From: an uncultured SAR86 cluster bacterium
Lineage (GTDB): Bacteria; Pseudomonadota; Gammaproteobacteria; Magnimaribacterales; D2472
Assembly: GCA_902586925.1 (NCBI GenBank)
Contig: CACIJE010000001.1
Span: 747,449-811,448, forward strand
Reading direction: 5' to 3'
Length of the DNA stretch: 64,000 nt
Positions 61,966-64,000 of this stretch are shown piece by piece. Under the pieces are notes generated by a model. That model saw only the letters and a program-made list of their open reading frames with translations. It did not search any database and was not told where the DNA came from. The translations under genes and the position numbers were made by a program. How positions within the stretch are numbered: the stretch's first letter is position 1; each line of letters begins with the position of its first letter.

Positions 61966-64000
61966 TTACAGAGATACATTAAATCTTCCAGACACTGATT
62001 TCTCAATGAAAGCTGGTTTGCCAAGAAAAGAACCAGAAATATTGGATAAATGGTCTAGTACAGATTTATACGGAAAGATAAGAAAAAAATATGAGGGTAA
62101 AGAATTATTTCTTTTACATGATGGGCCTCCCTATGCAAATGGTGACATACATCTTGGACACTCAGTAAATAAAATACTGAAGGATATCACTATTAAATAT
62201 AAAACTCTTCAAGGTTTTGATGCTCCTTATGTACCTGGTTGGGATTGCCACGGTCTTCCAATCGAGCTAAATGTTGAAAAGAAACATGGAAAAAATAGCG
62301 AGCTTGTAAAAAATAAAGAGAGTTTTCAAAAAGCTTGTAAAGAATATGCTGAGAGTCAAATAAATAAACAGTTAGATGACTTTAAAAGACTGGGTGTACT
62401 TGGTGATTGGGAAAATTCATACAAATCATTAGATCCAAAATTTGAAGCAGATATCGTTAGATCTTTAGGCATTATCTATAAAGAAGGTCACCTTGAAAAA
62501 GGTGAAAAACCTGTTCATTGGTGTCAAGAAAGCGGATCGTCCCTTGCAGAGGCAGAAGTTGAATATATTGATAAAACTTCAAAAGCTATTGATGTTGCAT
62601 TCAAGGCTCATCATTCATCTTTAAAAAAGTTGAAAGATGTTTTTAATGCTGAAGATTTAGATGAAGTGTCATTTGTAATATGGACTACAACACCATGGAC
62701 GATTCCATCAAACGTAGCTGTATGTATAAATCCTAAATACAAATACTCACTAATTAAAATGAATAACAAATTTTATGTCATTGCATATGAAATGATTGAA
62801 CAGTGCTCTAATAGATGGAAGCAAAAATTTGATGTTATATCGACAACGCAAGGTAAAAAATTGTGTGATATTGATCTTGTCCATCCCTTTTTAGATAGAA
62901 AATCAATTCTTCTTCATGCAGATCACGTAACAACCGAAACAGGAACAGGTTGTGTTCATACTGCTCCTGCTCATGGCATGGATGATTATTTAATATGTAA
63001 GAAAAATAATATTGATATAATCCACTCTCTAAATAATAAGGCTTTTTTCAAAGATGAATTGGATTTCATTGCAGGACTTCCTGCTATGAAAGCAGATCCA
63101 TTAATCGTTGAAAAATTAAAAGAATATAATGCTTTAATTAATATAGAGGACTATCATCATTCTTATCCTCATTGTTGGAGACGAAAAACGCCTCTAATTT
63201 TTACATCCACTCCTCAGTGGTTTATTTCAATGAATAAAAATAATCTAAACAAAGATGCTCTTAAACATATAAAAAGCGTTAATTGGGAACCTTCATGGGG
63301 TCTTCAAAGAATTGAATCTATGCTTACTGATAGACCAGATTGGTGTATATCTAGACAGAGAAATTGGGGTGTTCCGATAACTTTAGTTGTTCACAAAGAT
63401 ACGGGAGAAATTCATCCTGATCAGAAGGATTTATTTGAAAAATTTGCACAAATTATTGAGAAAGATGGGATTTCAGCATGGGATAATCTGGATTTAAAAG
63501 ATTATATAGATGATTATGAAGAATATATTAAAACCTCTGATTCACTTGATGTTTGGTTTGATTCTGGAGTAACTCACTATGCAGTTTCTGCAAAGAAATT
63601 TGGTAATAATGTTGTTGCAGATCTTTACTTAGAGGGTTCAGACCAGCACAGGGGATGGTTTCAATCATCATTATTAACAAGCATAGCTATGAATAACCAA
63701 GCGCCATATAAAACAGTTCTGACACATGGGTTTGTTGTTGATGAACAAGGAAGAAAACAATCAAAATCACTTGGAAATGTTGTTTCTCCTCAGAAAGTTT
63801 GGGATAGCTTAGGAGCTGACATTTTAAGATTGTGGGTAGCTTCAACGGATTTTAGAAGTGAAATGGTTGCATCTGATGAAATATTAAGGAGAACCTCAGA
63901 TCAATATAGACGTATTAGGAATACTTTTAGATTTATTTTAGGAAACTTAAGCGACTTTAGTGACAAATATAAAATTTCTCTTGAAGAACAAGTTGAATTA
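61955..64000 (+). CDS. ileS: isoleucyl-tRNA synthetase, 5' part (continues past the window end)
   Basis: Not in the ORF track because there is no stop. My translation from ATG 61955 reads [33 protein letters not shown]...[23 protein letters not shown] (HIGH motif), and later [10 protein letters not shown] (KMSKS-like). 682 codons are open to nt 64000. It overlaps the ribF stop by 11 nt. Confidence 0.93.
   Translation, partial: [682 protein letters not shown]

Overview
This is an AT-rich segment (roughly one-third G+C by eye) of a very compact chromosome with gammaproteobacterial gene order. It probably comes from a streamlined marine gammaproteobacterium, but that taxonomic guess is inference only. 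I call 69 protein-coding genes (two run off the window edges), one tRNA-Lys(UUU) and three regulatory sites. I found no rRNA, CRISPR array, transposase, integrase, prophage or defence island. Summing the gaps between my calls gives about 1.3 kb of non-coding DNA in 64 kb (about 2%). Content is almost entirely housekeeping, arranged in blocks syntenic with Pseudomonas and E. coli. In order: rpsR-rplI-dnaB-alr; pyrG-kdsA-eno-ftsB-ispDF-surE-pcm; fdxA; recA; a thiolase; an esterase; an Anbu, ATP-grasp and alpha-E cluster; proS; aspS-yebC-[novel ORF]-ybgC-tolQRAB-pal-cpoB-tRNA-Lys; bepA and perM; iaaA; bcp; dapA-bamC-purC; iscRSUA-fdx-iscX; ndk-rlmN-rodZ-ispG-hisS-yfgM-bamB-der; sdhCDAB-sucAB-lpdA-sucCD; a MATE pump; an acetyltransferase; an orphan wHTH protein; msrB-murJ-ribF-ileS. 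Most findings are places where a conserved block has been edited. (1) A 141-codon Hjc-like PD-(D/E)XK nuclease sits exactly where ruvC-ruvA-ruvB normally lie. (2) A reduced, rearranged Anbu (proteasome-like), circularly permuted ATP-grasp and alpha-E cluster lacks the usual transglutaminase gene. (3) The ProRS lacks the INS editing domain. (4) The isc operon lacks hscBA but keeps a near-consensus IscR box. (5) ispD and ispF are fused. (6) All six convergent gene junctions overlap, leaving no room for terminators. I see no clear-cut new multi-gene system. The Hjc-like ORF and the Anbu cluster are the best candidates for follow-up.
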